From the NCBI GenBank assembly GCA_040080715.1, contig JBEBHV010000002.1, positions 33,398-57,397 of the forward strand: a DNA stretch of 24,000 nt, read 5' to 3'. The translations under genes and the position numbers were made by a program. The notes under the pieces were generated by a model that made no database searches, was not told the origin of the DNA, and worked only from the letters and a program-made list of their open reading frames with translations. This DNA is from Rickettsiales bacterium (lineage in GTDB: Bacteria; Pseudomonadota; Alphaproteobacteria; Rickettsiales; SXRF01). Below, piece by piece: positions 16,855 to 24,000 of this stretch. Within the stretch, counting starts at the first letter, position 1; the number at the start of each line of letters is the position of its first letter.

Positions 16855-16999
16855 TTTATTATATTGATAAATATAGATAAATTATGTATTTTACGCTGTA
16901 ATATATAGATTCACAGAATTGTAACACTATTTTTTGCGATAATATGTTACTCTTGCAACATAGGGTAATTTGGTTTAATTTATTATTAGGAGATGTGTT

Positions 17000-17290
17000 A
17001 TGGCTTCGTTGAAAAATGTTAATTGGGGTGCGATTATTGCAGGTGCAGTGATTGTAACTGGTATACTTGCGCTTGCGCCAGCAGCAGCAATAGGGGCTAC
17101 ATCAGCTGGACTAGCTGCTACAAATGCTGGATTATTTCCATCAGTATTAAATGCTATAGCTGTGAGTACTGGTGCTTCCAATGTATTAGTTGGAAGTGCA
17201 ATAGCATTAGGTGGTGCTGTCTTGGGTCAGAAGACAGCCAATTTATTCCATAGAGGGCAGGATGCCGCTACAACTCTTGTAGGAAGGTAA
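17000..17290 (+). CDS. Small Gly/Ala-rich hydrophobic membrane peptide (small-xxx-small / glycine-zipper-like), unknown function
   Basis: 96 aa. Strong SD aggaga 7 nt upstream of the ATG. Three hydrophobic stretches (AIIAGAVIVTGILALAPAAAIGA, GLFPSVLNAIAVSTGA, VLVGSAIALGGAVLG) and a basic polar tail. First-position G and third-position A/T periodicity support this frame. Confidence 0.6.
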   Translation: MASLKNVNWGAIIAGAVIVTGILALAPAAAIGATSAGLAATNAGLFPSVLNAIAVSTGASNVLVGSAIALGGAVLGQKTANLFHRGQDAATTLVGR

Positions 17291-17293
17291 TGG

Positions 17294-17626
17294 ATGGACT
17301 CAGCCCCTGTCGCAGATGATGTCCGCATCATTACCTTGGTTCGGGGGATGATGCAGCAGGGCGGTTTCTATTGGTGTTATGTCGCTATAAAGCCGGATTT
17401 AATTAGAAAATTCCAGCAGGCGGTAAAAAATAAATACAACATCCAGAACTTCGTAAAAGATGAATATGGCGAAGTCATCGTCTCCGGCAGGGGTAAAGAG
17501 CCGCCCGCAGAAATCACCGCCAAAGTTTCCGAAATGTTTGGTGTGACTTTTAAGCAGATAGAAGAAGGCAACTCAGAGGTGAGCATTGCCAAAATTCTTG
17601 CAGCAATGGAAGAAGCAAAGAAATAA
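17294..17626 (+). CDS. Small soluble hypothetical protein, translationally coupled to the Gly/Ala-rich peptide gene
   Basis: 110 aa. The ATG lies 4 nt after the upstream TAA, with ggaagg inside the upstream gene end. No TM segments, mixed charge, no family recognised. Confidence 0.6.
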   Translation: MDSAPVADDVRIITLVRGMMQQGGFYWCYVAIKPDLIRKFQQAVKNKYNIQNFVKDEYGEVIVSGRGKEPPAEITAKVSEMFGVTFKQIEEGNSEVSIAKILAAMEEAKK

Positions 17627-17632
17627 TTATCT

Positions 17633-17710
17633 GTCATCCCGAGCGTAGCCGAGGGATCTCTTACTTTATAAAACCAATCGCCAAGATTTCTCGTTTCACT
17701 CGAAATGACA
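17633..17710. repeat. Palindromic repeat element, family 'tgtcatNNNgag-c(g)tagccga...' (copy 2)
   Basis: tgtcatcccgagcgtagccgagggatctc...aagatttctcgtttcactcgaaatgaca. The ends are inverted. Both the left and right thirds align with the 6695-6764 element. Confidence 0.75.
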
Positions 17711-17731
17711 TCTCTACTAGAACCAAACAGC

Positions 17732-17768
17732 TATAGTAGTTCCGTATAAATTATACGGAACTACTATA
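17732..17768. terminator. Perfect 37-bp palindrome (18-bp arms) between convergent genes; probable bidirectional terminator and member of the hairpin repeat family
   Basis: tatagtagttccgtataa-a-ttatacggaactactata. Lies 6 nt beyond the nrdJ stop. Differs from the 9960-9996 hairpin by one compensated base pair. Confidence 0.55.
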
Positions 17769-17774
17769 TATTTC

Positions 17775-20700
17775 CTAGCTACATCCGCTCGTTGATCCGC
17801 AAGTGTCACATTTCATGCAGGTTCCGTTGCGTACCAGAGTGAAGTTGTTGCATTCTTGGCAGGCATCGCCTTCATAGCCTTTGGCTTTGGCTTCGCGGAT
17901 TTTTTCGCTGACAGAGCTTGCATTTTTATTCTGCACGGAAACACCAACTTTTATGTTCACATTATCCTGTTCAGTCTGCAGATAGGCTATAGTCTGTGTC
18001 TCATCGGCGAGTGCCAGATTGCCGGAAACTAAACCGGTGGAAACCTGACTGCCAGTATTGTTGTTGGAAACCACATAGAGCTTGTTCCCACGTACAAAAC
18101 CGTTGCTGGTTACTTTGGAAAATAAGTTCGGCAGCTCCGGCTCGTTGCTTGGACGGGTGGAATCACCTTCGCCGCGACCGATAGTGTCCGACATAGTGTC
18201 AGAAATATCAACATGGGCGAGGTCATTGCGTCCGAGATAAGAAATAGCAAGTTCGCGGAAGATATAATCAAGAATAGAAGTCGACATTTTGATGGCTTCA
18301 TTGCCTTCAACCATGCCGGATGGCTCAAAGCGGGTGAAGGTGAAAGCGTCAACAAATTCTTCCAGTGGCACACCATATTGCAGGCCGATGGAAACAGCTA
18401 TTGCAAAATTATTCATCAGGCTGCGGAAAGCTGCACCTTCCTTATGCATATCGACGAAGATCTCACCGAGATTACCATTCTCATATTCACCGGTACGCAG
18501 ATAAACCTTATGACCACCGACCGATGCTTTCTGGGTATAGCCTTTGCGTCTTTCCGGCAGTTTGTGTCTCTGCGACTCATGGATGATGCGCTCGACTATG
18601 CGCTCGGCAATAACCTGCGGCTGGCGGGCAGAGCGGTATTGTTCCGTTGTTGTTTCCTCTTCCTCATCTTCAAGTTCGGCAGCGATGGATGAGTTGAGAG
18701 GTTGTGAAAGCTTGGAACCATCACGGTAAAGCGCGTTAGCTTTCAAACAGAGTTTCCATGAAAGCAAGTAAGCTTCCTTACATTCTTCCACAGTTGCTGA
18801 ATTAGGCATATTGATGGTTTTGGAAATAGCCCCAGAGATATATGGCTGCACTGCTGCCATCATGCGGATATGTGATTCGGCTGATAAAAAGCGCGTACCT
18901 TTTTTACCGCAAGGATTGGCGCAATCAAATACCGAAAGATGAATGTCTTTCAAGTGTGGCGCGCCTTCCAGAGTCATCGTTCCACAGCAATATTCATTGG
19001 CTGATTCTATTTCGGTTTTTGAAAAACCTAGAGCCGCGAGCATATCAAATGAGAAATCATTTAACTGTGCCTCGCTAAAACCAAGCTTTTCTCTACAGAA
19101 CTCTTCGCCGAGCGCATATTTATTGAATGCAAATTTAAGTTCGAACGCAGCAACCAATGATTTCTCGATTGTAGCCAGTGCATTATCATCAAAACCTTTG
19201 GCGCGTAAGCTTTCGTGGCTGATGGCATTGCTACCTTTCAGCGTGCCACGACCGACCGCATAGTTAGTTATATCAGTGATTTGCTTATCGCTGTAACCAA
19301 GATATTTAAGGGCTGGCGGAACTTGCTGGTTGATGATTTTGAAATAACCGCCACCTGCCAGTTTTTTGAATTTTACCAGTGCGAAATCTGGCTCAATACC
19401 AGTAGTGTCGCAGTCCATAACCAGACCGATTGTTCCAGTTGGTGCGATGCATGTCGCCTGTGCGTTGCGGAAGCCGTATTTTTCGCCGAGCATGATTGCA
19501 GTGTCCCACGCTTTTTTGGCAGCTTTCACCAGATTTTTATCTTCGCAATTATCCACATCCAGCGGTACTGGAAGAATTGAAAGTTCCTCATAACCGGAAG
19601 TCTCGGCAAGGGCAGCTCGACGGTGGTTTTTCATCACCCGCATCATGTCCTTTTTATTTTCGGTGTAACCGTCAAATGCACCCAATTCCTTTGCCATTTC
19701 TGCAGAAGTAGCGTAAGATGTTCCGGTCATAATTGCAGTAATTGCTCCAGCAATCGCCCGACCTTCCGCGCTATCATAGGCAATACCAGTTGCCATCAGC
19801 AGCCCGCCGATATTGGCAAAGCCAAGCCCCAATGTGCGGAATTCATAAGAAAGTTTTGCAATTTCCTTGGACGGAAATTGTGCCATTGCTACAGAAATTT
19901 CAAGCACCAATGTCCACAGGCGACAAGCATACTCAAATGCCTTTACATCAAAACTGCCACTTTCCTTTTTGAATTTAAGCAAGTTGATAGAGGCAAGGTT
20001 GCACGCCGTATCATCGAGGAACATATATTCCGAGCAGGGGTTGGAAGCACGGATACGTCCGGATTGCGGGCAGGTGTGCCATTCATTGATGGTTGTGTCA
20101 TATTGTAACCCTGGGTCGGCACATGCCCAGGCAGCGTACGCCACTTCATCCCAAAGTTCTTTTGAAGAAATGGTTTTACTTATTTTTTTGTCCTTGCGAT
20201 TCAGCAGATGCCAAGGTTTTCCATGCTCCACTGATTCCAGAAACTCATTGGTTACGCGCACGGAATTATTTGAGTTCTGTCCTGATACGGTTAGATATGC
20301 TTCTGAATCCCAATCAGTATTATACTCAGGAAATTCAATCTGCGTATAGCCTTGCTGGGCGAATTGCACCACTCGTAGAATATAATTTTCAGGGACAAGA
20401 TTCCTCTTCGCTTCGCGCATTGCTTTTTTAAGTGCAGGATTATCCGACGGATTAAAGCGTGAATCTGATGTTCCAATATTGCAAGCTTCCATAACTGCTT
20501 TTAAGTGTTTCGCGCAGATTTTTGAGCCTGTAACTATAGCTGCGACTTTCTGTTCTTCGATAACTTTCCAGCGCACGAATTCTTGAATGTCTGGATGATC
20601 AATATCCACCACTACCATTTTTGCAGCACGACGGGTAGTTCCACCAGACTTAATCGCACCAGCAGCGCGATCGCCAATTTTCAGGAAGCTCATAAGCCCA

Positions 20701-21470
20701 GAAGATTTACCACCACCAGAGAGTTTTTCGCCAGAGCCACGTAGATCTGAGAAATTAGAACCAGTTCCAGAGCCATATTTAAACAGGCGCGCTTCACGCT
20801 CCCATAAATTCATTATTCCGCCTTCATTTACGAGATCGTCAGAAACGCCTTGAATGAAACAAGCGTGTGGCTGTGGACGCTCATAAGCACTACGCGACTT
20901 TATCAGTTTTTTACTGTCAGGGTCTATATAGTAATGTCCCTGCGACGGACCATCTATGCCATAAGCCCAGTGCAGACCGGTATTGAACCATTGTGGAGAA
21001 TTTGGAGCTGCCATCTGGCAGGCAAGCATGAAGCGCATTTCATCATAAAAGGTTTTTGCGTCTTCCTCCGTATCAAAATATCCACCTTTCCAGCCCCAAT
21101 ATGTCCACGCGCCAGCGAGACGATCAAACACCTGTTTAGAAGATGTTTCACCTATAAACCGTTCTTTTTCCGGAAGCTTTTCCAGTTTTGTTTCATCTGG
21201 CACGCTGCGCCACAACCAGCTTGGGACAGTTTCTTCTTCAACTTTTTTAAGAGCAGCGGCAACACCAGCTTTGCGGAAATATTTTTGTGCAAGCACATCC
21301 GCAGCTACTTGTGACCAGCCTTCAGGAATTTCCGTACCCAGAGCTTCAAAAACAGCTGAACCGTTGGGATTTTTCATCACAACGTCCACTTTTTTGAAAG
21401 TAATGCTTTCATAAACCGCAGCATTACTGTTTGTTTTTGTAGCTTTGGTGAAATGTCTTTCAATACGCAT
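17775..21470 (-). CDS. nrdJ: Ribonucleotide reductase, class II (adenosylcobalamin-dependent), long form
   Basis: 1231 aa. N-terminus [23 protein letters not shown]...[16 protein letters not shown]. Active-site segment [23 protein letters not shown]-terminal Cys-rich tail CQECNN...[14 protein letters not shown]. No intein-like insertion is evident. Confidence 0.9.
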   Translation of the reverse strand: MRIERHFTKATKTNSNAAVYESITFKKVDVVMKNPNGSAVFEALGTEIPEGWSQVAADVLAQKYFRKAGVAAALKKVEEETVPSWLWRSVPDETKLEKLPEKERFIGETSSKQVFDRLAGAWTYWGWKGGYFDTEEDAKTFYDEMRFMLACQMAAPNSPQWFNTGLHWAYGIDGPSQGHYYIDPDSKKLIKSRSAYERPQPHACFIQGVSDDLVNEGGIMNLWEREARLFKYGSGTGSNFSDLRGSGEKLSGGGKSSGLMSFLKIGDRAAGAIKSGGTTRRAAKMVVVDIDHPDIQEFVRWKVIEEQKVAAIVTGSKICAKHLKAVMEACNIGTSDSRFNPSDNPALKKAMREAKRNLVPENYILRVVQFAQQGYTQIEFPEYNTDWDSEAYLTVSGQNSNNSVRVTNEFLESVEHGKPWHLLNRKDKKISKTISSKELWDEVAYAAWACADPGLQYDTTINEWHTCPQSGRIRASNPCSEYMFLDDTACNLASINLLKFKKESGSFDVKAFEYACRLWTLVLEISVAMAQFPSKEIAKLSYEFRTLGLGFANIGGLLMATGIAYDSAEGRAIAGAITAIMTGTSYATSAEMAKELGAFDGYTENKKDMMRVMKNHRRAALAETSGYEELSILPVPLDVDNCEDKNLVKAAKKAWDTAIMLGEKYGFRNAQATCIAPTGTIGLVMDCDTTGIEPDFALVKFKKLAGGGYFKIINQQVPPALKYLGYSDKQITDITNYAVGRGTLKGSNAISHESLRAKGFDDNALATIEKSLVAAFELKFAFNKYALGEEFCREKLGFSEAQLNDFSFDMLAALGFSKTEIESANEYCCGTMTLEGAPHLKDIHLSVFDCANPCGKKGTRFLSAESHIRMMAAVQPYISGAISKTINMPNSATVEECKEAYLLSWKLCLKANALYRDGSKLSQPLNSSIAAELEDEEEETTTEQYRSARQPQVIAERIVERIIHESQRHKLPERRKGYTQKASVGGHKVYLRTGEYENGNLGEIFVDMHKEGAAFRSLMNNFAIAVSIGLQYGVPLEEFVDAFTFTRFEPSGMVEGNEAIKMSTSILDYIFRELAISYLGRNDLAHVDISDTMSDTIGRGEGDSTRPSNEPELPNLFSKVTSNGFVRGNKLYVVSNNNTGSQVSTGLVSGNLALADETQTIAYLQTEQDNVNIKVGVSVQNKNASSVSEKIREAKAKGYEGDACQECNNFTLVRNGTCMKCDTCGSTSGCS

Positions 21471-21671
21471 GCAAGTTCCCCTTAAAATTTGAATTTACTC
21501 TATGTCCAGTTCCTTAGCTAACAGTTTAATCGAGGGCAGAAAACCTAGGACAAAAAACGCATTTTTTGCACCATATTTTAACTCACGACTGCTTGCTAAT
21601 TTTGTATCAAAGTTCAATAATGGGAACTGTAAACATTACAAATCTGTAATGCAATCAGATAAATTGAATTT

Positions 21672-21687
21672 TCACTACATATTGTGC
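21672..21687. promoter_or_regulatory. NrdR-box-like palindrome 1 upstream of nrdJ
   Basis: tcactacatattgtgc compared with the remembered NrdR-box consensus acaCwAtATaTwGtgt. Confidence 0.5.
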
Positions 21688-21702
21688 TTGACAGGTATTT
21701 TT

Positions 21703-21718
21703 ACACTATATGATGGGG
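21703..21718. promoter_or_regulatory. NrdR-box-like palindrome 2 (weaker)
   Basis: acactatatgatgggg. The left half matches the consensus and the right half is degenerate. Centre-to-centre distance to box 1 is 31 bp. Confidence 0.4.
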
Positions 21719-21811
21719 TTTTGCTGTAAAAACAGGCATATGAAAACTGGGGATAAGTTTGCTGATTTGAGTAAAATCATATGGTTGTTAGGTTTGTATA
21801 TGTGTATAAAT

Positions 21812-21820
21812 TGTGGATAA
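21812..21820 (-). promoter_or_regulatory. Perfect consensus DnaA box (TTATCCACA on the minus strand)
   Basis: tgtggataa on the plus strand. An 8/9 copy tggggataa lies at 21748-21756 in the same orientation. Both are in the nrdJ upstream region. Confidence 0.45.
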
Positions 21821-21857
21821 CTATAGCGGCGTATTAATGGAAATTATCAGGTAATAA

Positions 21858-23891
21858 TTATTGATAAGGAGCTAATTCCTGTTTAGTGATGGGATAAACC
21901 CTTTCCACACCTGATTTTACTGTCAGTTTTTTCATCTCTCTGCCTTTTTCCTGTGTGTCGGGTGATTCTTCATCCAGCGTACCTAGCAGCCATAAAGCAC
22001 TGCGGTGATTAGGGGCGACTTCTAAGATAGAATTTAATATGTCTCGTTGTTTTATCTTGTCGCCATCTGTAAGCCCGTCAAGGTTGAAAAGGAATGGTGC
22101 TATATAATCTTCACGCTCAGGATATGCTTTGCTGAAAGCAATCATTGCAGGAACCAGCCTTGATTTAGCCTGCGGTTTCAAACTGTCCAATATGGACGCT
22201 TGCGGCAGCTCAAAAACTTGCCGGTATAAATCCAGCTCTAATTTCTTAAGCTCAATACCAGCATTTGATTGCTGCGCCACCAGATGTGCGATTTCAAGAA
22301 AGTTACGATACCAGTCACGGTCAGTTTCGCTTACTGTTTCATTGTTTGCCTTATCTGTAATCTCCTTAGAAAAATAATTGATTGCTTCAGCCATTCTCTT
22401 GCCACCACGCGTAACATCCTGCATGATCCACCGGACGATTTCCGGCTTATTGGGGTCTTCGCGCATAATTACTTTAAGCTGCTCGCCGTAGCGTATTATA
22501 TTCAGCTGTTCGTAGGCACTTGCCGAGAATAGCAAAACGAAGGCAGCGCATATTACCGACATATAAAATGGGATAGCTCCGGTCTTACGGATTCGTGCAG
22601 GTCTGCCACCGCATAAAGCTGCAAGTCCCAATGCCTGGAAATTTATAACCTGCGGTAATAGAAACCATAAACTGCTCATGGCATTTAAAACCAGAACAAT
22701 TGGTACACACCACCAGAATAGTGATTTACGCAGCGGTAAAATTGCAAGTATCGGCAATGTTATAAAAATCAGGAAGCCGATAATCCCTGTTGCCAGCAAT
22801 GCCTGCACCGGTTGGTTATGTGGGTGGAAAACACTGCCATATAGCCACAAGCTGTTAGGTTTTAATATACCATTATCATAGCTGGTAAGCTCCTCGGTCA
22901 TCCCATACTTGAACATATCATCGCTGAAATTGTCCCAGCCATTGCCAAAGGCAAGGCGCGAAGAATTCTCCAATATAGCTGTCACTGCCACTTTGTTATA
23001 AATGGCGCGAGTTGAAAGCGAGGCATTCTTGCAGGAGAAAAGACTTTGTTCCTGGCTGATTACTATCCAGATAAGAGGTAGCAGGCAGCCGAACACCGCC
23101 AAATTTCGCCATAGCTTGTTTGCAGAAATAAGTTGTGTTATCCATTCCGGCTTTTGTTTTATTAGCCGCAGAAGCAATATCAGGCTCAATATTATAAGTG
23201 TCGGGAACAACATTCCCCGTGCTGAAGAATTTTGTCCAACCAGAAGAACGGTGGATAAAAGAGCTATTAGCCCAACATGCCATCGTTTGCTGCGTATATT
23301 GGGTGAGCTTGCGTAAGCTATCCACAGCCAGCCGGCAATAAACGGCAGGTAGTCCGGCCAGTTCGCCGGTGCTGCCGGGTTATCTGAAAAGTAATTATCC
23401 ATTTGCCGGTCGCACAAGACCTTGGGGTTAAAATGCAGATAGGTCATGATGCCCAGGGCTAATGTAGCAACTGCCAGCATAATTTTTTTGTACTTGTTTA
23501 TTTGCCAAAGTGGCATTGCCACGGCAAATGATAATAGCAGCATTGCCTGCCAGGCAGCACCTTCACCGAGTTGGGGCAGGCCAAACCATGAATTAACAGG
23601 GCTTTTGCTTGCTGGCAGCACAACTAATTGCCAGGCTACCCATGCCAGAAGACCATATAATAAAGGATGCACCGGTTTTTCTATAACCAACCAGTTTTTA
23701 GAAACCCCTACAGCAAGCCACGCCGCATTTATCGCCGCGAATATAAACATTGCAAGCAGTGTCGGTTCGGTTTGAAACCAGGTGCCTGAGTGGAATGGCT
23801 TGAGGCAAACTGCAAATAATAATAGTTGGAGGCAGTAAGATAACAGACCGCAATTTCTGAACAATGAATTTGGCGAACTAAATATGATCAT
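21858..23891 (-). CDS. O-antigen ligase/polymerase family (Wzy_C-type) polytopic membrane protein with a ~230-aa C-terminal soluble helical domain
   Basis: 677 aa. About 12 TM helices in the first ~440 aa. Family-typical motif HPHNQPVQALLATGIIGFLIF after a large loop. The C-terminal region is hydrophilic and helical. Confidence 0.7.
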   Translation of the reverse strand: MIIFSSPNSLFRNCGLLSYCLQLLLFAVCLKPFHSGTWFQTEPTLLAMFIFAAINAAWLAVGVSKNWLVIEKPVHPLLYGLLAWVAWQLVVLPASKSPVNSWFGLPQLGEGAAWQAMLLLSFAVAMPLWQINKYKKIMLAVATLALGIMTYLHFNPKVLCDRQMDNYFSDNPAAPANWPDYLPFIAGWLWIAYASSPNIRSKRWHVGLIALLSTVLLVGQNSSARGMLFPTLIILSLILLLRLIKQKPEWITQLISANKLWRNLAVFGCLLPLIWIVISQEQSLFSCKNASLSTRAIYNKVAVTAILENSSRLAFGNGWDNFSDDMFKYGMTEELTSYDNGILKPNSLWLYGSVFHPHNQPVQALLATGIIGFLIFITLPILAILPLRKSLFWWCVPIVLVLNAMSSLWFLLPQVINFQALGLAALCGGRPARIRKTGAIPFYMSVICAAFVLLFSASAYEQLNIIRYGEQLKVIMREDPNKPEIVRWIMQDVTRGGKRMAEAINYFSKEITDKANNETVSETDRDWYRNFLEIAHLVAQQSNAGIELKKLELDLYRQVFELPQASILDSLKPQAKSRLVPAMIAFSKAYPEREDYIAPFLFNLDGLTDGDKIKQRDILNSILEVAPNHRSALWLLGTLDEESPDTQEKGREMKKLTVKSGVERVYPITKQELAPYQ

Positions 23892-23940
23892 GTTCTCTCA
23901 CGTGTAAAAGTTCAAACAGGTGTGAGACTGTAAAGCCAGT

Positions 23941-23991
23941 ATAATAGGGAAGCTCGCGCGTTTCAATTTCGCAGGCGCGCTTCGCTATTAT
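23941..23991. repeat. Palindromic element at the right window edge
   Basis: Arms ataatagggaagc (23941-23953) and gcttcgctattat (23979-23991) match at 12 of 13 positions around a GC-rich core (cgcgcg...gcgcgc). Confidence 0.5.
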
Positions 23992-24000
23992 ACTTGCTTT

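Noticed and set aside
16919-16982. Sigma-70-like promoters for the small-gene pair (ttgtaa-N15-taatat; ttgcaa-N17-taattt) and a TTAA-N7-TTAG CtrA-like half match at about 16975-16989
   Set aside because: The spacer lengths and positions are suboptimal, and the region is so AT-rich that such matches are expected by chance. These are noted only as candidates and not reported as features.
17023-17253. 76-aa Cys/Trp-rich peptide in the alternative frame (about 16 Cys) overlapping the Gly/Ala-rich gene, which superficially looks like a RiPP or defensin-like precursor. A 68-aa antisense ORF (16975..17181) overlaps the same region.
   Set aside because: All three frames are open because the GCN/GGN-rich sequence lacks stop codons. 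The Cys/Trp residues arise mechanically from frame-shifted GCT-GGT codons (xGC TGG). That frame has only a TTG start and no SD, whereas the 17000 frame has ATG plus aggaga and correct codon periodicity.
21748-21857. Possible replication origin (DnaA boxes plus an AT-rich stretch)
   Set aside because: There is only one perfect and one near-perfect box, no cluster of boxes, no clear DNA-unwinding-element repeats and no origin-typical neighbouring genes. DnaA-dependent regulation of nrdJ is the simpler reading.
21471-21857. Cobalamin riboswitch or another leader RNA, and the 75-aa ORF 21502..21729, upstream of nrdJ
   Set aside because: I could not recognise a B12-box or the conserved riboswitch helices. 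The ORF is on the opposite strand, has no SD and has an odd composition. An A/T-only inverted repeat (caaaaaacgcattttttg, about 21554-21571) is too weak to call.
1-24000. Scan for tRNA/rRNA genes, CRISPR arrays, transposases, integrases and hallmark defence genes (nucleases, helicases, STAND/AAA ATPases, methyltransferases)
   Set aside because: None recognised. Every long ORF is accounted for by a housekeeping or membrane protein, and the repeat families here are palindromic singletons, not repeat-spacer arrays.

Overview
AT-rich, gene-dense chromosomal segment. The gene content includes a ctaG-ctaE-DUF983 cytochrome oxidase cluster, a CyaY/frataxin homologue, a long-form B12-dependent ribonucleotide reductase NrdJ, an intracellular PHB depolymerase and a TonB-dependent receptor. 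Together with palindromic repeats resembling Rickettsia palindromic elements, this points to an alphaproteobacterium, possibly an endosymbiont-like lineage (inference only). Eighteen protein-coding genes are supported. Several ORF-track starts are moved to internal ATGs that have Shine-Dalgarno sequences, signal peptides or family-typical N-termini. I saw no rRNA, tRNA, CRISPR array, transposase, integrase or recognisable defence-system gene, and no convincing multi-gene novel system; most of the window is housekeeping. The unusual content is mainly non-coding or small. (1) Two ~100-nt three-stem-loop repeats bracket the amino-acid permease gene and show compensatory base changes. (2) A family of perfect long hairpins recurs in three intergenic regions. 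(3) 'tgtcat...atgaca' palindromic elements are clustered at 6488-6764, with another copy at 17633-17710. (4) A three-tier nested palindrome lies at 3254-3372. (5) A secreted beta-domain/TPR-like gene appears to be split by a frameshift. (6) A translationally coupled pair encodes a Gly/Ala-rich membrane peptide and a small soluble protein. (7) An orphan 463-aa membrane protein is bracketed by repeats. (8) CoxIII carries an extra C-terminal transmembrane helix. (9) cyaY sits 5 nt upstream of an ABCB-type exporter. (10) Tandem NrdR-like boxes and a perfect DnaA box lie upstream of nrdJ. All family assignments come from motif recognition by eye, not from searches.
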